Shown here: piece after piece, positions 17,544 to 27,574 of the stretch
Layout of the letters: every line of letters begins with the position of its first letter
Position numbering within the stretch: position 1 is the first letter of the stretch
DNA from: Archangium sp.
GTDB lineage: Bacteria > Myxococcota > Myxococcia > Myxococcales > Myxococcaceae
DNA: 64,000 nt
Assembly: GCA_047600485.1 (NCBI GenBank)
Contig: JASGKS010000001.1
Coordinates: 6,784,259 to 6,848,258, forward strand
Direction: 5' to 3'
Program-made: the position numbers and the translations under genes
Notes under the pieces: generated by a model
What the model saw: only the letters and a program-made list of their open reading frames with translations
Database searches by the model: none
Told to the model about the DNA's origin: nothing

Positions 17544-20500
17544 GTGTTCGAGCCGTCCGCACCGTCTCCGGGACCCGCTCCCGAGCCCACGCCGCTCCCC
17601 AAAGACTCGCAGTCTCAAGGCCGTGCGCTGCGGCTGCTGCGTGAGGTTCGAGCGGCGCAGGCGCGCGCGCTGCTGACCACCGGTCTGCTCCTCGGAGTCA
17701 TCAGCTTCCTCGTGTTCCTCATCGCGGGCGCGTGGGTGGCCAGCGTGCACCCGCGCCCGGGCTTCGCGCTGATCATCGGCGGCGCGGCGTCGATTCTGAT
17801 CTTCCTCGTCGTGTTCGGGCTCGTGCTCCCGCGCCGCCGCGTAGGTGACGACGAGCGCACCGCGAAGCTGCTCGCCGCGCGGCTGCCCGAGCTGAACCTC
17901 GATCTCCTCGCGGCCGTCGAGCTCAGCCGCGCCATCGGCAAGCCGGGCCAGGACTTCTCTCCCGACCTCGCGCGCGCGTTCTTGCGCGACGTCGATGCGC
18001 GCGCCGCGAAGCTCACCGTCAGCAAGCTGATTGATCAGAAGCCCGTGCAGCGCGCGTCGATGGCGCTCGTCGCGACGGTCTTCGTGGTGCTGGCGTTGAT
18101 GGTGACGCAAGGCAAGACGCTGCGCGCGGGGCTCACCGCGGCCCTCACTCCGGCGGAGAAAGCCGAGCCCACGCGACGTCAGCCCATCACCGGCGACATC
18201 GAGCTCACCTACCGTTACCCCGCGCACACCGCGCTCGAGCCGCGCGTCATCAGCGGCAGCACGGGCGACGTGAGCGCGCCGACGGGCACCGAGGTGACGC
18301 TCAAGACACGCGCCGATCGCGACGTCGAGAACGCGGCGTTGATCTTCGGCGAAGGCAAAGACGCCAAACGCGTGCCGCTGCGCGTCGAGAAGCGCGAGCT
18401 GAGCGGCTCGTTCGTCATCAACGAGAGCGGCGTGTTCCACGTCGCGTTCCTCGACGGGAATGAGCTCGTCGCCGAAGGGCCTGATCAGTCCATCACCGCC
18501 GAAGCTGATCAGCCGCCGCGCGCACGACTCACCGCGCCGGTCGACGATCTCGAGATCGACCCGAAGAAGCAGGCCGTCACGCTCAAGTTCGAAGCGAGTG
18601 ACGACTACGGCCTCGCGGCGCTCGACCTCGTCTTCACGCCGATGGGCGGCGCGCCGCAGCGCATCTCGCTCAAGCCCGACGACGGCCGCACCACGCGCGG
18701 GAGCTACCAGTGGGACCTCTCGCCGCTCGCGCTCACGCCCGGCCAAATCGTCACGTACTCGCTCGAGGCGACCGACAACGACGCGGTGAAGGGGCCGAAG
18801 AAGGGCACCTCGAGCGTGCAGCGCCTCAAGCTCTACAGCTCGGCGGAGCACCGTCGTGAAGCGCTGCAGAAGGCCGAAGCGCTGTGGCTGCGGCTCATCG
18901 ACCACCTCGCCGACCGGATGGAAGGGCCGGACCGCGAGTCGAAGACGGTCGACGACGCGGTGACGGGCAAGGCCGCCGACGAGCGCGGCAAGGTGCTCGC
19001 GGACGACATCCTCCAGCTGGGGCACGAGCTGAACGACGATCAAGATCCACCCGTCGAGTTGATGTCGGCGCTGATCAACATCGGCAACGAGCTGAAGACC
19101 GACGTGGGCCAGGTGAAGACCACGCGCGAATTCCTGCTCCGCATCACCGGTCGCATCGCGGGCACGGCGGGCAAGACGCAGTTCGTCGATCCGCGCGCCG
19201 GGAGCTACACGCAAGACCTCCAGCGCCGCCTCGCCATCACCATCGTCACCGACATGCGGCACTCCGAGAAGAACGTGCTGTATCTCGAGGCGCTGCTCGA
19301 CCGCGCGCGGCTCGACGCGATTCGCGAGCTCGCCAAGCAGCTGCGTGAAGACCGCAAGGAACTGAGCCGGCTGCTCGACGAGTACAAGGCCGCTCCCGAT
19401 TCGGAGAAGCAGAAGCAGCTGCTCGATCAAATGCAGGCGCTCAAGCAGCGCATGCTCGAGCTGCAGCAGCGCATGCTCGAGCTGAGCAAGAACATCCGCG
19501 ACGACTTCATGAACGCCGAGGCGCTCGACGAGATGCAGGAGGAATTCGGCCTGCAGAACAAGCTCGACGACGTCGAGAAGCTCATCCGCGAGGGCAAGAC
19601 CGACGAGGCGTTGAAGAAGATGCAGGAGCTGTCGATGGACATGGACGACTTCCTCGACAGTCTCGACAAGGCCAGTGACAAGGCCGACGAGCAGATGGAC
19701 CCCGAGCTCGTGAAGCAGTTCAACGACTTCAACGACAACCTCGACGACGCCATCAAGAAGCAGGACGCGTTGAGTGAGAAGACGCGCGCGCTGCGCGACA
19801 AATATCGTCAGCAGCAGAAGGAACGCATCGCGAAGCAGGGCGAGGCGCTCAAGAAGGAATTGAAGGACAAGCTCGATGAGCTCGAGAAGAACTGGCAGCA
19901 GTTCGACTCCACGCCCTATCGCAATACCGACGAGAAGCTGCGTGACGCGCAGGCCGCTCGCAACGCGGTGGAGCAGGCGCTCGACGCCAACGACTTCGAT
20001 CTCGCCAGCGAAGCGGCTGATCAGATGGAGAACGCCGCCCAGCAAATGCAGTCGAACTTCGAGAGCGACCGCTACGTCGCCGAGCAGCTCGGTTCACGTG
20101 ACCCGCGCCAGATTCGCCAGGACGCTGATCGCCTCTCGCGCGACACGAAGAAGGCCGAAGAGGTCGCGCGCAAGCTGCGTGACCTGTTCCCGCAGTCCGG
20201 TCAGCAGATGAGCGACCAGGACCGCCAGCAGATGAACGAGTACGCGCGGCAGCAACGGCAGCTGCAGCAGCAGGGGCAACAACTGCAGGAGCAGATGGAC
20301 TCGCTCAACGAACGCGCTCCGCTGTTCAACGAAGAGGCGCAGCAGCAGATGCAGCAAGCCGGGCAGCGCATGCAGGGCGCGGGAGATCGTCTGCAGAGCA
20401 AAGACGCGAACCGCGGCTACGGCGAACAGCAGGGCGCGCTGCAGTCACTGCGCGGGTTGCAACAGTCGATGGGCGAGTCGGGCAAGGGCAAGGGCAAGGG

Positions 20501-20690
20501 CATGCCGATGCCGCTGCGTCAGCGCTTCGGCGGGCGTCGCAACAGCAACGAGAAGGTCGAGATTCAAGACGAAGACCCGGCGGCCGGTCAGCGCGAGTTC
20601 CGCAAGGACGTGATGGACGCGATGAAGCAGGGCCAGCCCGACCGCTACAAGGAACAGAACAAGAAGTACTACGAGGAGCTCGTGAAGTGA
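17544..20690 (+). CDS. DUF4175-like membrane protein with a long coiled-coil, Q/E-rich C-terminal region
   Basis: Two to three N-terminal TM helices, about 500 aa of coiled coil, and a conserved-looking C-terminal tail (FRKDVMDAMKQGQPDRYKEQNKKYYEELVK). Confidence 0.6.
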   Translation: MFEPSAPSPGPAPEPTPLPKDSQSQGRALRLLREVRAAQARALLTTGLLLGVISFLVFLIAGAWVASVHPRPGFALIIGGAASILIFLVVFGLVLPRRRVGDDERTAKLLAARLPELNLDLLAAVELSRAIGKPGQDFSPDLARAFLRDVDARAAKLTVSKLIDQKPVQRASMALVATVFVVLALMVTQGKTLRAGLTAALTPAEKAEPTRRQPITGDIELTYRYPAHTALEPRVISGSTGDVSAPTGTEVTLKTRADRDVENAALIFGEGKDAKRVPLRVEKRELSGSFVINESGVFHVAFLDGNELVAEGPDQSITAEADQPPRARLTAPVDDLEIDPKKQAVTLKFEASDDYGLAALDLVFTPMGGAPQRISLKPDDGRTTRGSYQWDLSPLALTPGQIVTYSLEATDNDAVKGPKKGTSSVQRLKLYSSAEHRREALQKAEALWLRLIDHLADRMEGPDRESKTVDDAVTGKAADERGKVLADDILQLGHELNDDQDPPVELMSALINIGNELKTDVGQVKTTREFLLRITGRIAGTAGKTQFVDPRAGSYTQDLQRRLAITIVTDMRHSEKNVLYLEALLDRARLDAIRELAKQLREDRKELSRLLDEYKAAPDSEKQKQLLDQMQALKQRMLELQQRMLELSKNIRDDFMNAEALDEMQEEFGLQNKLDDVEKLIREGKTDEALKKMQELSMDMDDFLDSLDKASDKADEQMDPELVKQFNDFNDNLDDAIKKQDALSEKTRALRDKYRQQQKERIAKQGEALKKELKDKLDELEKNWQQFDSTPYRNTDEKLRDAQAARNAVEQALDANDFDLASEAADQMENAAQQMQSNFESDRYVAEQLGSRDPRQIRQDADRLSRDTKKAEEVARKLRDLFPQSGQQMSDQDRQQMNEYARQQRQLQQQGQQLQEQMDSLNERAPLFNEEAQQQMQQAGQRMQGAGDRLQSKDANRGYGEQQGALQSLRGLQQSMGESGKGKGKGMPMPLRQRFGGRRNSNEKVEIQDEDPAAGQREFRKDVMDAMKQGQPDRYKEQNKKYYEELVK

Positions 20691-22417
20691 GCCGCTCCGT
20701 CGTCTTTGCGCTCGCCGCGCTCGTCTCGTCTGTCGCCTTCGCGCAAGAAGAACCCGACCTCACCGCCATCAAGGGCGAAGCGCGCGCGCGCATTCAGAAC
20801 ATCGACCAGTACCTCGACGACTGGGACCTCGAGTCGGCGAAGACCGAGCTGGCCGCGCTCGAGAAAATCGCTCCCGCCGACGTCGAGCCGCTCGCCTACT
20901 ACCAGGGCCGCATCGCGTTCGAAGAAGGCCGCTACGAAGACGCGTCGAAGCTGCTCGAGAAGGCCGGCCTCACCGACAAGCCGGCGAGCTGGGTGCGCCT
21001 CGCAAAGGAGACCGGCCAAATCGTCGCCAACTACGCGAAGGCCGAGAGCGACCACTTCATCTTCCTGTACCCGAAGGGCCGCGACGAAGTGATGGTGCCG
21101 TACGCGCTCGAGGCGCTCGAGAACGCGCGCGCCGCGCTCGAGAAGGACCTGGGCTACGCGCCGCCCAACAAGGTGCGCGTGGAAGTGGTGTCGACCGCCG
21201 GTGAGCTCGCCAAGGTCTCGACGCTCACGCGTGAAGCGATTCGCACCACCGGCACCATCGCCATCTGCAAGTTCAACAAGCTGATGGTGACCAGCCCGCG
21301 CGCGCTCACCTTCGGCTACGACTGGCTCGATACGCTCTCACACGAGTACGTGCACCTCGTCGTCAGCCGCAAGTCGCGCAACACCGTGCCCATCTGGATG
21401 CACGAGGGCCTCGCGAAGTACCTCGAGTCGCGTTGGCGCGGGCCGGCGGGCGGAGCGATGACGCCTCCCACGCTCGCGCTGCTCGGTCTGCGCGTGAAGA
21501 AGAACACCCTGGTGCCCTTCGAGAAGATGCACCCCTCGATGGCGTTGCTGCCGACGGCCGAAGACGCGGCGACGGCCTTCGCGGAAGTCTTCTTCGCGCT
21601 GAAGCTCATCGACCTCGAGGGCGGGCCGCAGGCGCTGGAGCGGTTGCTCGACGAGATGGCCAAGGGCGTGAGCGACCGCGCAGCCGTCGAGCACGTGATG
21701 AAGCGCAAGTGGCCCGCGTTCGAGACGAGCTGGATGGCGTTCTTGAAGAAGCAGCCCTTCCCGCGCGAGCTGATTCCGCCGTCGTCCTTCGAGAAGAAGG
21801 AACTCACCGAGAACGTGAACGCGGAAAAGAAGAAGAAGAACCGCGAGGTGAGCTTCGGAGACTTCGTCGAAGTGGCGGAAACCGACGCGCGCCGCGACGC
21901 GCACCTCGGTGAGCTGCTGCGTGAACGTCAGCACATGAAGTCGGCGGCCGAGATGTACGGACGCGCCTACAAGGCGGTCGGCGACAAGTACGAGTCGGTC
22001 TCGAACAAGTACGCGCTCACGCTGCTCGAGCTTCAGAAGTTCGACGAGGCGGCGAAGGTGCTCGAGGCGAGCCTCACCATGCACCCCGGGTCGGCGCCGA
22101 CCAGCGTGCACCTCGGCCGGATCTATTTGCGCGCCAAGAAGTGGGAAGCCGCGCGCACGTCGTATCTCGCGGCGAACGCGGTGAACCCGTTCGACCCCGA
22201 AGTGCACGTCGCGCTGTATGCGATTGCGACCGAACTCAACGACGCGAAGCTGCAGGCGCGCGCGAAGGATGCGGTGGTGCTGCTGCTCAAGGTCGAGCCC
22301 GCGGTGGTGCCGGTGTTGGCCAAACGCTTCGCCGCGTCGAGTGACCTGGCGAACGTCGACTTGTCTGCGAATGGCCCGCCGCCAGCCGCTGCCGTCAAAC
22401 CCGACGCTGGAGGTTGA
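20687..22417 (+). CDS. secreted TPR-repeat protein with an HExxH zincin-like (MA-clan peptidase-like) module
   Basis: Signal peptide ALAALVSSVAFAQE. HEYVH followed downstream by HEGLAKY. TPR-like helical repeats at both ends. The start overlaps the DUF4175 stop (ATGA). Confidence 0.6.
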   Translation: MSRSVVFALAALVSSVAFAQEEPDLTAIKGEARARIQNIDQYLDDWDLESAKTELAALEKIAPADVEPLAYYQGRIAFEEGRYEDASKLLEKAGLTDKPASWVRLAKETGQIVANYAKAESDHFIFLYPKGRDEVMVPYALEALENARAALEKDLGYAPPNKVRVEVVSTAGELAKVSTLTREAIRTTGTIAICKFNKLMVTSPRALTFGYDWLDTLSHEYVHLVVSRKSRNTVPIWMHEGLAKYLESRWRGPAGGAMTPPTLALLGLRVKKNTLVPFEKMHPSMALLPTAEDAATAFAEVFFALKLIDLEGGPQALERLLDEMAKGVSDRAAVEHVMKRKWPAFETSWMAFLKKQPFPRELIPPSSFEKKELTENVNAEKKKKNREVSFGDFVEVAETDARRDAHLGELLRERQHMKSAAEMYGRAYKAVGDKYESVSNKYALTLLELQKFDEAAKVLEASLTMHPGSAPTSVHLGRIYLRAKKWEAARTSYLAANAVNPFDPEVHVALYAIATELNDAKLQARAKDAVVLLLKVEPAVVPVLAKRFAASSDLANVDLSANGPPPAAAVKPDAGG

Positions 22418-22419
22418 AC

Positions 22420-22686
22420 GTGCTGCTCTCGCTGCTCGCGATGTTGGTGGTCAGTGACGTGCCTCCGGCTCCCGCTCCCGTCGATGCGGGGACGCCGGCC
22501 GTCTCGTGTCGCACGGTGAATGACTGCTGGCTCGCTCCTGATGGGAAGGCGATTCCGCGGCCACCGAAGCTCAAGTGGCGCGCAATTCCCAAAGGCGATT
22601 GCGGCAAGAACCTGCTGTGGCTGCGACACGAGCTGAAGTGCGAAGAGAATCAGTGCGTGTCGAAGTTCCGCGGCGACATGTGCTGA
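22420..22686 (+). CDS. small secreted Cys-rich protein
   Basis: GGAGG (22407-22411) sits 7 nt before GTG at 22420. Signal peptide, then 6 Cys residues. It is the last gene of the operon. Confidence 0.4.
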   Translation: MLLSLLAMLVVSDVPPAPAPVDAGTPAVSCRTVNDCWLAPDGKAIPRPPKLKWRAIPKGDCGKNLLWLRHELKCEENQCVSKFRGDMC

Positions 22687-22687
22687 T

Positions 22688-23962
22688 TCACCCGCCCATC
22701 GCGCGACGCAGCTGCACCCGAGCGAGCGCTTGCTGGTAGCGCGAACGCACGAGGTTCAACTTCGCCTGCGTGAGCGCTGACTGAGAGTCGAGCAAGTCGG
22801 TCGTCGTGCCGCTGCCCGCCTGCACCACCGCCGCCGTCACGCGATACGCCTCCTCGGCGCTCGAGAGCGCAGTCTTCGCGACGTCGATGGCCGAGGTCGC
22901 CGCGCGGAGTTGATCCATCCGAACCGAGACGTCGCTGCGCACCTGCAGCGTCAGGTCGTTGGTCAGCAGACGTGCCGCTTGGGCCTGATGCTCGGCTGAA
23001 CGATGCGCGTACCACTGCGTGCCCCACAGCCAGAACGCCCACGACGCGCGAACGCCGATGTACGCCGCGTTCTGCTGCGCGAGCGTTTGCCCGTCGACGC
23101 GCACGTAGGCGGCGGTCAAGTCGATGTCGGGCAGCAGCGCGGCGAGCCGCGAACGCGAGGTCGCTTCGGCCGCGTCGAGCAACCGCACCTGCTGCTGCAA
23201 GTCACTGCGCGTCGAGAGCGCGGTCGAGGTCGCGTCGGCAACCGACGGCACGGGCTTGTCCGCTTCGGCTTCCAGGGTGAGGGGAGCAGCGAAGTCGACG
23301 TCAGCGTCGAGCGGAAAACCGAGCATCGTCAGCAGCGACGCGCGCGCCGCGGATTCCTGCACGCCGGCCTGCAGTTCCTGCTGCTGAATGTTCGCGCGCG
23401 CCACTTCGACGCGGAGCACGTCAGCGTTGGTCATTGCGCCCGCCTCAACGCGCGCCTTCGACACCACGAGCTGTTCCGCCAGCTGCTTCTGCGAGGCCTG
23501 CGCCACTTCGCGTGCCGCGCGCGCCTCGTAGAGCCGCAGGTAGTTGGTCTCGACCGCCTCACGAGCTGCGCGCTCCGTCGCCACCACCACCGCATCGGCC
23601 GCCTCGGTGTTGGCGTTTGCGGCCACGAAGTCCTGCGAGAGCTTGAGCAAGCCGACCACGGGCTGGCGCGCCGAGAGCGCGAGCGTGTTCACATTCTGGT
23701 CGCGCACCGTGAGCATCTGCGGCCCGAACGAGACCTGAAACGGACCGTCGTAGTGCTGCAGCTCGTCGCTCACCCCGAGCGCGGGCAACATCTGTCCACG
23801 CACCGAGCGCGCCCCGTCGGCCGCGGCCTCCCTTCGCTCCCGCGCCGCCTCCATCTGCAAGTTCAACTCGATGGCGCGCTTCACTGCGTCCTCGACCGTG
23901 AGCGTCTCCGTCGCGGAAGCCACGCTCGCCACCGCCACCACTGCGAAAATCAGGGAACGCAT
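22688..23962 (-). CDS. TolC-family outer-membrane efflux protein
   Basis: Signal peptide and two TolC-like coiled-coil/beta repeats. Last gene of the tetR-MFS-HlyD-TolC operon. Confidence 0.8.
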   Translation of the reverse strand: MRSLIFAVVAVASVASATETLTVEDAVKRAIELNLQMEAARERREAAADGARSVRGQMLPALGVSDELQHYDGPFQVSFGPQMLTVRDQNVNTLALSARQPVVGLLKLSQDFVAANANTEAADAVVVATERAAREAVETNYLRLYEARAAREVAQASQKQLAEQLVVSKARVEAGAMTNADVLRVEVARANIQQQELQAGVQESAARASLLTMLGFPLDADVDFAAPLTLEAEADKPVPSVADATSTALSTRSDLQQQVRLLDAAEATSRSRLAALLPDIDLTAAYVRVDGQTLAQQNAAYIGVRASWAFWLWGTQWYAHRSAEHQAQAARLLTNDLTLQVRSDVSVRMDQLRAATSAIDVAKTALSSAEEAYRVTAAVVQAGSGTTTDLLDSQSALTQAKLNLVRSRYQQALARVQLRRAMGG

Positions 23963-23963
23963 G

Positions 23964-25241
23964 TCACGACTCCGGAGCCTGCTTCGCCGACGCTGAACCA
24001 GCCGTGTCGGTGCGCACCGTCACCACCGCCGACATGCCCGCGCGAACGGCGACGTTCGGCTTGTCCGCCCAGCGAATGCGCACCGGCACGCGCTGCACGA
24101 CCTTCACGAAGTTGCCCGACGCGTTGTCGGGCGGGAGCAGCGAGAAGCGCGAGCCCGTGCCGCCCGAGAGACTCTCGACCACGCCGCGGAACTTCTGGCC
24201 GTCGAACGCGTCGATTTCGATTTCGACTTCCTGGCCGGGCTTCATCTCGCCGATCTGCGTCTCCTTGAAGTTGGCCACCACGTACGAGTCCTGCGGCACC
24301 AGCGTGGCGATGGCCATGCCCGGAGCAATCAGCTGACCGACGCGCGCGCCCAGCTTCGACACCACGCCGTCGCTCGGAGCGGTCACCGTCGCGTACGAGA
24401 GATTCAACTTCGCGAGCTCGAGCGCCGCTTCCATCGTCGTCACGCGAGCAAGCGCGAGGTCGGCATTCGCGCGAGCCGCCGCGACCTTCGCGTCGACCGG
24501 CGTGTTGGTGTCGAGCATGCCGTTCGCTTCGGCCACGCGGCTCTGCGCCACGCGCCGCGACTCTTCCGCCGAGCGGAGCTGCGCTTCAGCCGCCGCCAGC
24601 GCCGCGCTCGACGCGTCGAACGCCGCCTGCGCGTTGTCGAGTCGTTCCTGCGGCAGCGCGTTCGCCTGACGCAGCTGGCGCGTGCGCTCGAGGTCGGTCG
24701 TCACGCGCCGCACATCAGCCTGCGCGCGAATCAAACCGGCCTTGGCCTGCGCGATGTTCGCGTCGGCGCTGCTCACCTGCGCGAGCGAGGTCGAGACCTG
24801 CGCCTTCGCCGACGAGAGACCGCCCTTCGCGCCGGCTTCCGACACGCTCGCCTGCGCTTCAGCCGCCGCGGCCTGCGCCTTCGCCGCCGCGAGGTCACCT
24901 TCGGCCTGCTTCACCTTCGCGCGAAGATCAGCAGTGTCGAGTTCGACGAGCACGTCGCCCTTCTTCACCAGCGCGTTCTCGCTCACCTTCACCGCCACGA
25001 CCGGGCCACCGACGCGCGCCGCGAGCGGCACCACGTCAGCTTCAATCTGCGCGTCGTCGGTCGTCTGGCGATGCGCGCCGAGCGTGTGCATTACGAAGTA
25101 ACCGGCGATGACGACCGCGCCGACACCGAGGAGCACGAAGGCGCGCTTGCGCCCTCCCGCTGCACGAGCGGTCGCCGCGCTCTCGGCCTTGCTTGCTTCG
25201 TTCACCACTTCAGGGGCTGCAGTGCTGGTGCTCATGGTCAC
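23964..25241 (-). CDS. HlyD/EmrA-family membrane fusion protein
   Basis: Single N-terminal TM helix, a long Ala-rich coiled coil, and a C-terminal beta-barrel/lipoyl-like region. Confidence 0.85.
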   Translation of the reverse strand: MTMSTSTAAPEVVNEASKAESAATARAAGGRKRAFVLLGVGAVVIAGYFVMHTLGAHRQTTDDAQIEADVVPLAARVGGPVVAVKVSENALVKKGDVLVELDTADLRAKVKQAEGDLAAAKAQAAAAEAQASVSEAGAKGGLSSAKAQVSTSLAQVSSADANIAQAKAGLIRAQADVRRVTTDLERTRQLRQANALPQERLDNAQAAFDASSAALAAAEAQLRSAEESRRVAQSRVAEANGMLDTNTPVDAKVAAARANADLALARVTTMEAALELAKLNLSYATVTAPSDGVVSKLGARVGQLIAPGMAIATLVPQDSYVVANFKETQIGEMKPGQEVEIEIDAFDGQKFRGVVESLSGGTGSRFSLLPPDNASGNFVKVVQRVPVRIRWADKPNVAVRAGMSAVVTVRTDTAGSASAKQAPES

Positions 25242-26863
25242 TCCATTTCGACGTGTGCGGGGGCGCCGGCTGCGGCTGCTTGTGCAGGCCGGCGGAGAAG
25301 AAGAATTGCGGGGAGAATGGCGACGAAGCAGAGCGCGCCGATGACGAAGAGATGGTCGAAGGCGATGACCATTCCCTGCCGCGCGACGCGACCTGCGAAC
25401 TGCATCAATGCCATCGAGTGCGCAGTCGCCGCGTCCATGCCGCGCGCGAGCAGACCGTTCTCGGTGGCCGCGAGCCGCGACGCGACCTCGGGCCGGTCAG
25501 CCGTGAGGTGCGCGCGAACTCCCGCCGACGCGATGATGGCGTGCCGCGAGAGAATGGTGGCGAACGCCGCGACGCCGACCGAGCCGCCAATCTGGCGCAT
25601 CAGCGAGCTCAGACCCGTCGCGTCCGACATGCGTTCGCGCGGAACGTTCGAGAGCGCCACCGTCTGCAGCGGCACCATCATCAAGCTCATGCCGAGGCCC
25701 TGGAACAGCAGCGACGACATGATGGCGCTCGACGAACTCTCGAGCGTGAGCCCCGAGAGCATGAACTGACCGAAGGCCGTGATGATGAGACCCGTGCCCG
25801 CCATCACCGCGGGGCTGAGCCGCCGGTACAACATTCCGGCGATGGGCATGCAGGCCATCATCGCCAGCGTGCGCGGCATCAACGCGAGACCCGATTGCGT
25901 GGCGGTGAAGCCGAGCAACTCCTGCATGAACAGCGGCAGGAGGAACATGCCGCTCATCATCACCGCGAACATTCCCGCGGCGGCGAGCGTGCCCGACGCG
26001 AAGGTGCGGTCCTGGAAGAGGCGCAGGTTCACCGCGGGCGCTTCAGCGGTCAGCTCGCGAATCACGAACGCGATGAACGCGAACACCGTGAGGATGGTGA
26101 CGCTCACGATGAGCGGCGACTCGAACCAGTCAGCGGCCTGACCTTCTTCGAGCAGGTACTGCAGCGAGATGAGCGCGGTCCACAGCAGCGCGATGCCCAT
26201 CCAGTCCATGTGCTTGCGCTGCTTCTCGGCTTCCTTGCGCGCGGCTTCCTTCAGGTCTTCGGGCTCGTGCACGAAGCGCGAGACCATGAAGAACCCGAGA
26301 ATGCCGACCGGCACGTTGATGAAGAAAATCCACGACCAGTGGAAGTTGTCGACGATGAGGCCGCCGAGCGTGGGGCCGAGCGCGGGGCCGACCATCACCG
26401 CCATCGCGAACAACGCCATCGCGGTGCCCTGTTCTTTGGGCGGGAACGTCTGGCGCAGAATCGCCTGCTCGGTGGGCTGCAGCGCGCCTGCGCCGAAACC
26501 CTGAATCGCGCGGAAGATGATGAGCGACGGCAGGTTCCACGCGAGCCCGCAGAGGAACGAGCCGGCGACGAACAACAACAGACACGCGAGGTACACGTTC
26601 TTCTGGCCGAAGAGCCGGCCGAAGAAACCGGTGAGCGGCATCACCATCACCGTGGCGATGGCGAAGCCGGTGCTGATCCACGTGATTTCCTGCACCGTGG
26701 CGCCCACCGCTCCGCGAATCTGCGAGAGCGCGACGTTCACGATGGAAGCGTCGATGGCGCCCATCAACGTGCCGAACGTCACCGAGACCGCCACGAGCCA
26801 CTTGTTGCTCTTGGGCTTCGCGGGCGCGGCGAACGCCGGCATGGGCATCGCTGCGGCAGTCAC
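25238..26863 (-). CDS. MFS transporter, DHA2 (EmrB/QacA, 14-TMS) family
   Basis: About 14 hydrophobic helices, with motif A-like GRLFGQKNVY and IQGFGAGAL. Both ends overlap neighbouring genes by 4 nt. Confidence 0.9.
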   Translation of the reverse strand: MTAAAMPMPAFAAPAKPKSNKWLVAVSVTFGTLMGAIDASIVNVALSQIRGAVGATVQEITWISTGFAIATVMVMPLTGFFGRLFGQKNVYLACLLLFVAGSFLCGLAWNLPSLIIFRAIQGFGAGALQPTEQAILRQTFPPKEQGTAMALFAMAVMVGPALGPTLGGLIVDNFHWSWIFFINVPVGILGFFMVSRFVHEPEDLKEAARKEAEKQRKHMDWMGIALLWTALISLQYLLEEGQAADWFESPLIVSVTILTVFAFIAFVIRELTAEAPAVNLRLFQDRTFASGTLAAAGMFAVMMSGMFLLPLFMQELLGFTATQSGLALMPRTLAMMACMPIAGMLYRRLSPAVMAGTGLIITAFGQFMLSGLTLESSSSAIMSSLLFQGLGMSLMMVPLQTVALSNVPRERMSDATGLSSLMRQIGGSVGVAAFATILSRHAIIASAGVRAHLTADRPEVASRLAATENGLLARGMDAATAHSMALMQFAGRVARQGMVIAFDHLFVIGALCFVAILPAILLLRRPAQAAAAGAPAHVEME

Positions 26864-27501
26864 GGCTTGCTCTTTCTGGAGCCAGTGCCGGCACCCTGCA
26901 GGAAGAAGTCGACCACCTGCACCACCGCGACCTCGGGCGCCAACACGTGCGGAGAATCAGCCGCCACCGAGAACAACCCCTGCACCAGCCCCTGCATCGC
27001 GAACGCCTGCACGCCGTGCGGGTCGGGCGCGATGGAGCCCTGCTTGCGGCCGCGCTCCAACACGCGCTCGAACATCTTGGTGAAGCGCTCGCGCATTTCG
27101 GCGCGCTTCTTCGCGTCGGGCATCGCCTCGCCCTGCTTGATGACCAGATAGATGCGCGCCCAGCGCGACTGCAGCGGCGTCAGCATCGCCAGCAACTGCT
27201 CACGCACCGGCAAGTGCTGCGACGCGGCTTCGGCTTCCTTCACGTCAGTGAACAACTTCTCGCGGTGCGAGCTGAGCAGCGAATCGACCAACTGCCGGCG
27301 GTCGGAGAAGTGGTTGTAGAGCGTGCCCACCGCCACTCCGGCGCGCGCGGCGATGACTTCCATCGGCGCCTGCATGCCCTGCTCGACCAGCACTTCCTGC
27401 GCCGCCTCGAGGATGGCCGCCGCCGTCGCTTCGCGCAGCCGTTCCTTCAGGCGAACCGGCTTCGGCTGAGCCTTCCTTCTGTTCGGTGAATCCACATTCA
27501 T
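26860..27501 (-). CDS. TetR/AcrR-family transcriptional regulator
   Basis: HTH in LEAAQEVLVEQGMQAPMEVIAARAGVAVGTLYNHF. The start is either ATG (MNVDSP) at 27501 or TTG at 27522. Confidence 0.85.
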   Translation of the reverse strand: MNVDSPNRRKAQPKPVRLKERLREATAAAILEAAQEVLVEQGMQAPMEVIAARAGVAVGTLYNHFSDRRQLVDSLLSSHREKLFTDVKEAEAASQHLPVREQLLAMLTPLQSRWARIYLVIKQGEAMPDAKKRAEMRERFTKMFERVLERGRKQGSIAPDPHGVQAFAMQGLVQGLFSVAADSPHVLAPEVAVVQVVDFFLQGAGTGSRKSKP

Positions 27502-27514
27502 GCACTGATGAATG
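27495..27514. promoter_or_regulatory. putative TetR operator palindrome
   Basis: CATTCATGCACTGATGAATG: perfect 7-bp arms around a 6-bp spacer, overlapping the tetR initiation codon. Confidence 0.45.
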
Positions 27515-27574
27515 CTCTTCAAACACTGACTTGTCGAGTCAACTTGCGTGAAGTGGAGATCTGCCCCGCGCGCT

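Noticed and set aside
17451-20045. 864-aa minus-strand ORF antisense to the DUF4175-like gene
   Set aside because: Antisense artefact: extreme L/E/R/V bias and no signal peptide or motifs. The plus-strand protein has TM helices and a conserved C-terminal tail.
20452-20500. ggcaagggcaagggcaagggc micro-repeat
   Set aside because: Lies inside the DUF4175-like CDS and encodes a GKGKGKG low-complexity linker, not an independent repeat element.
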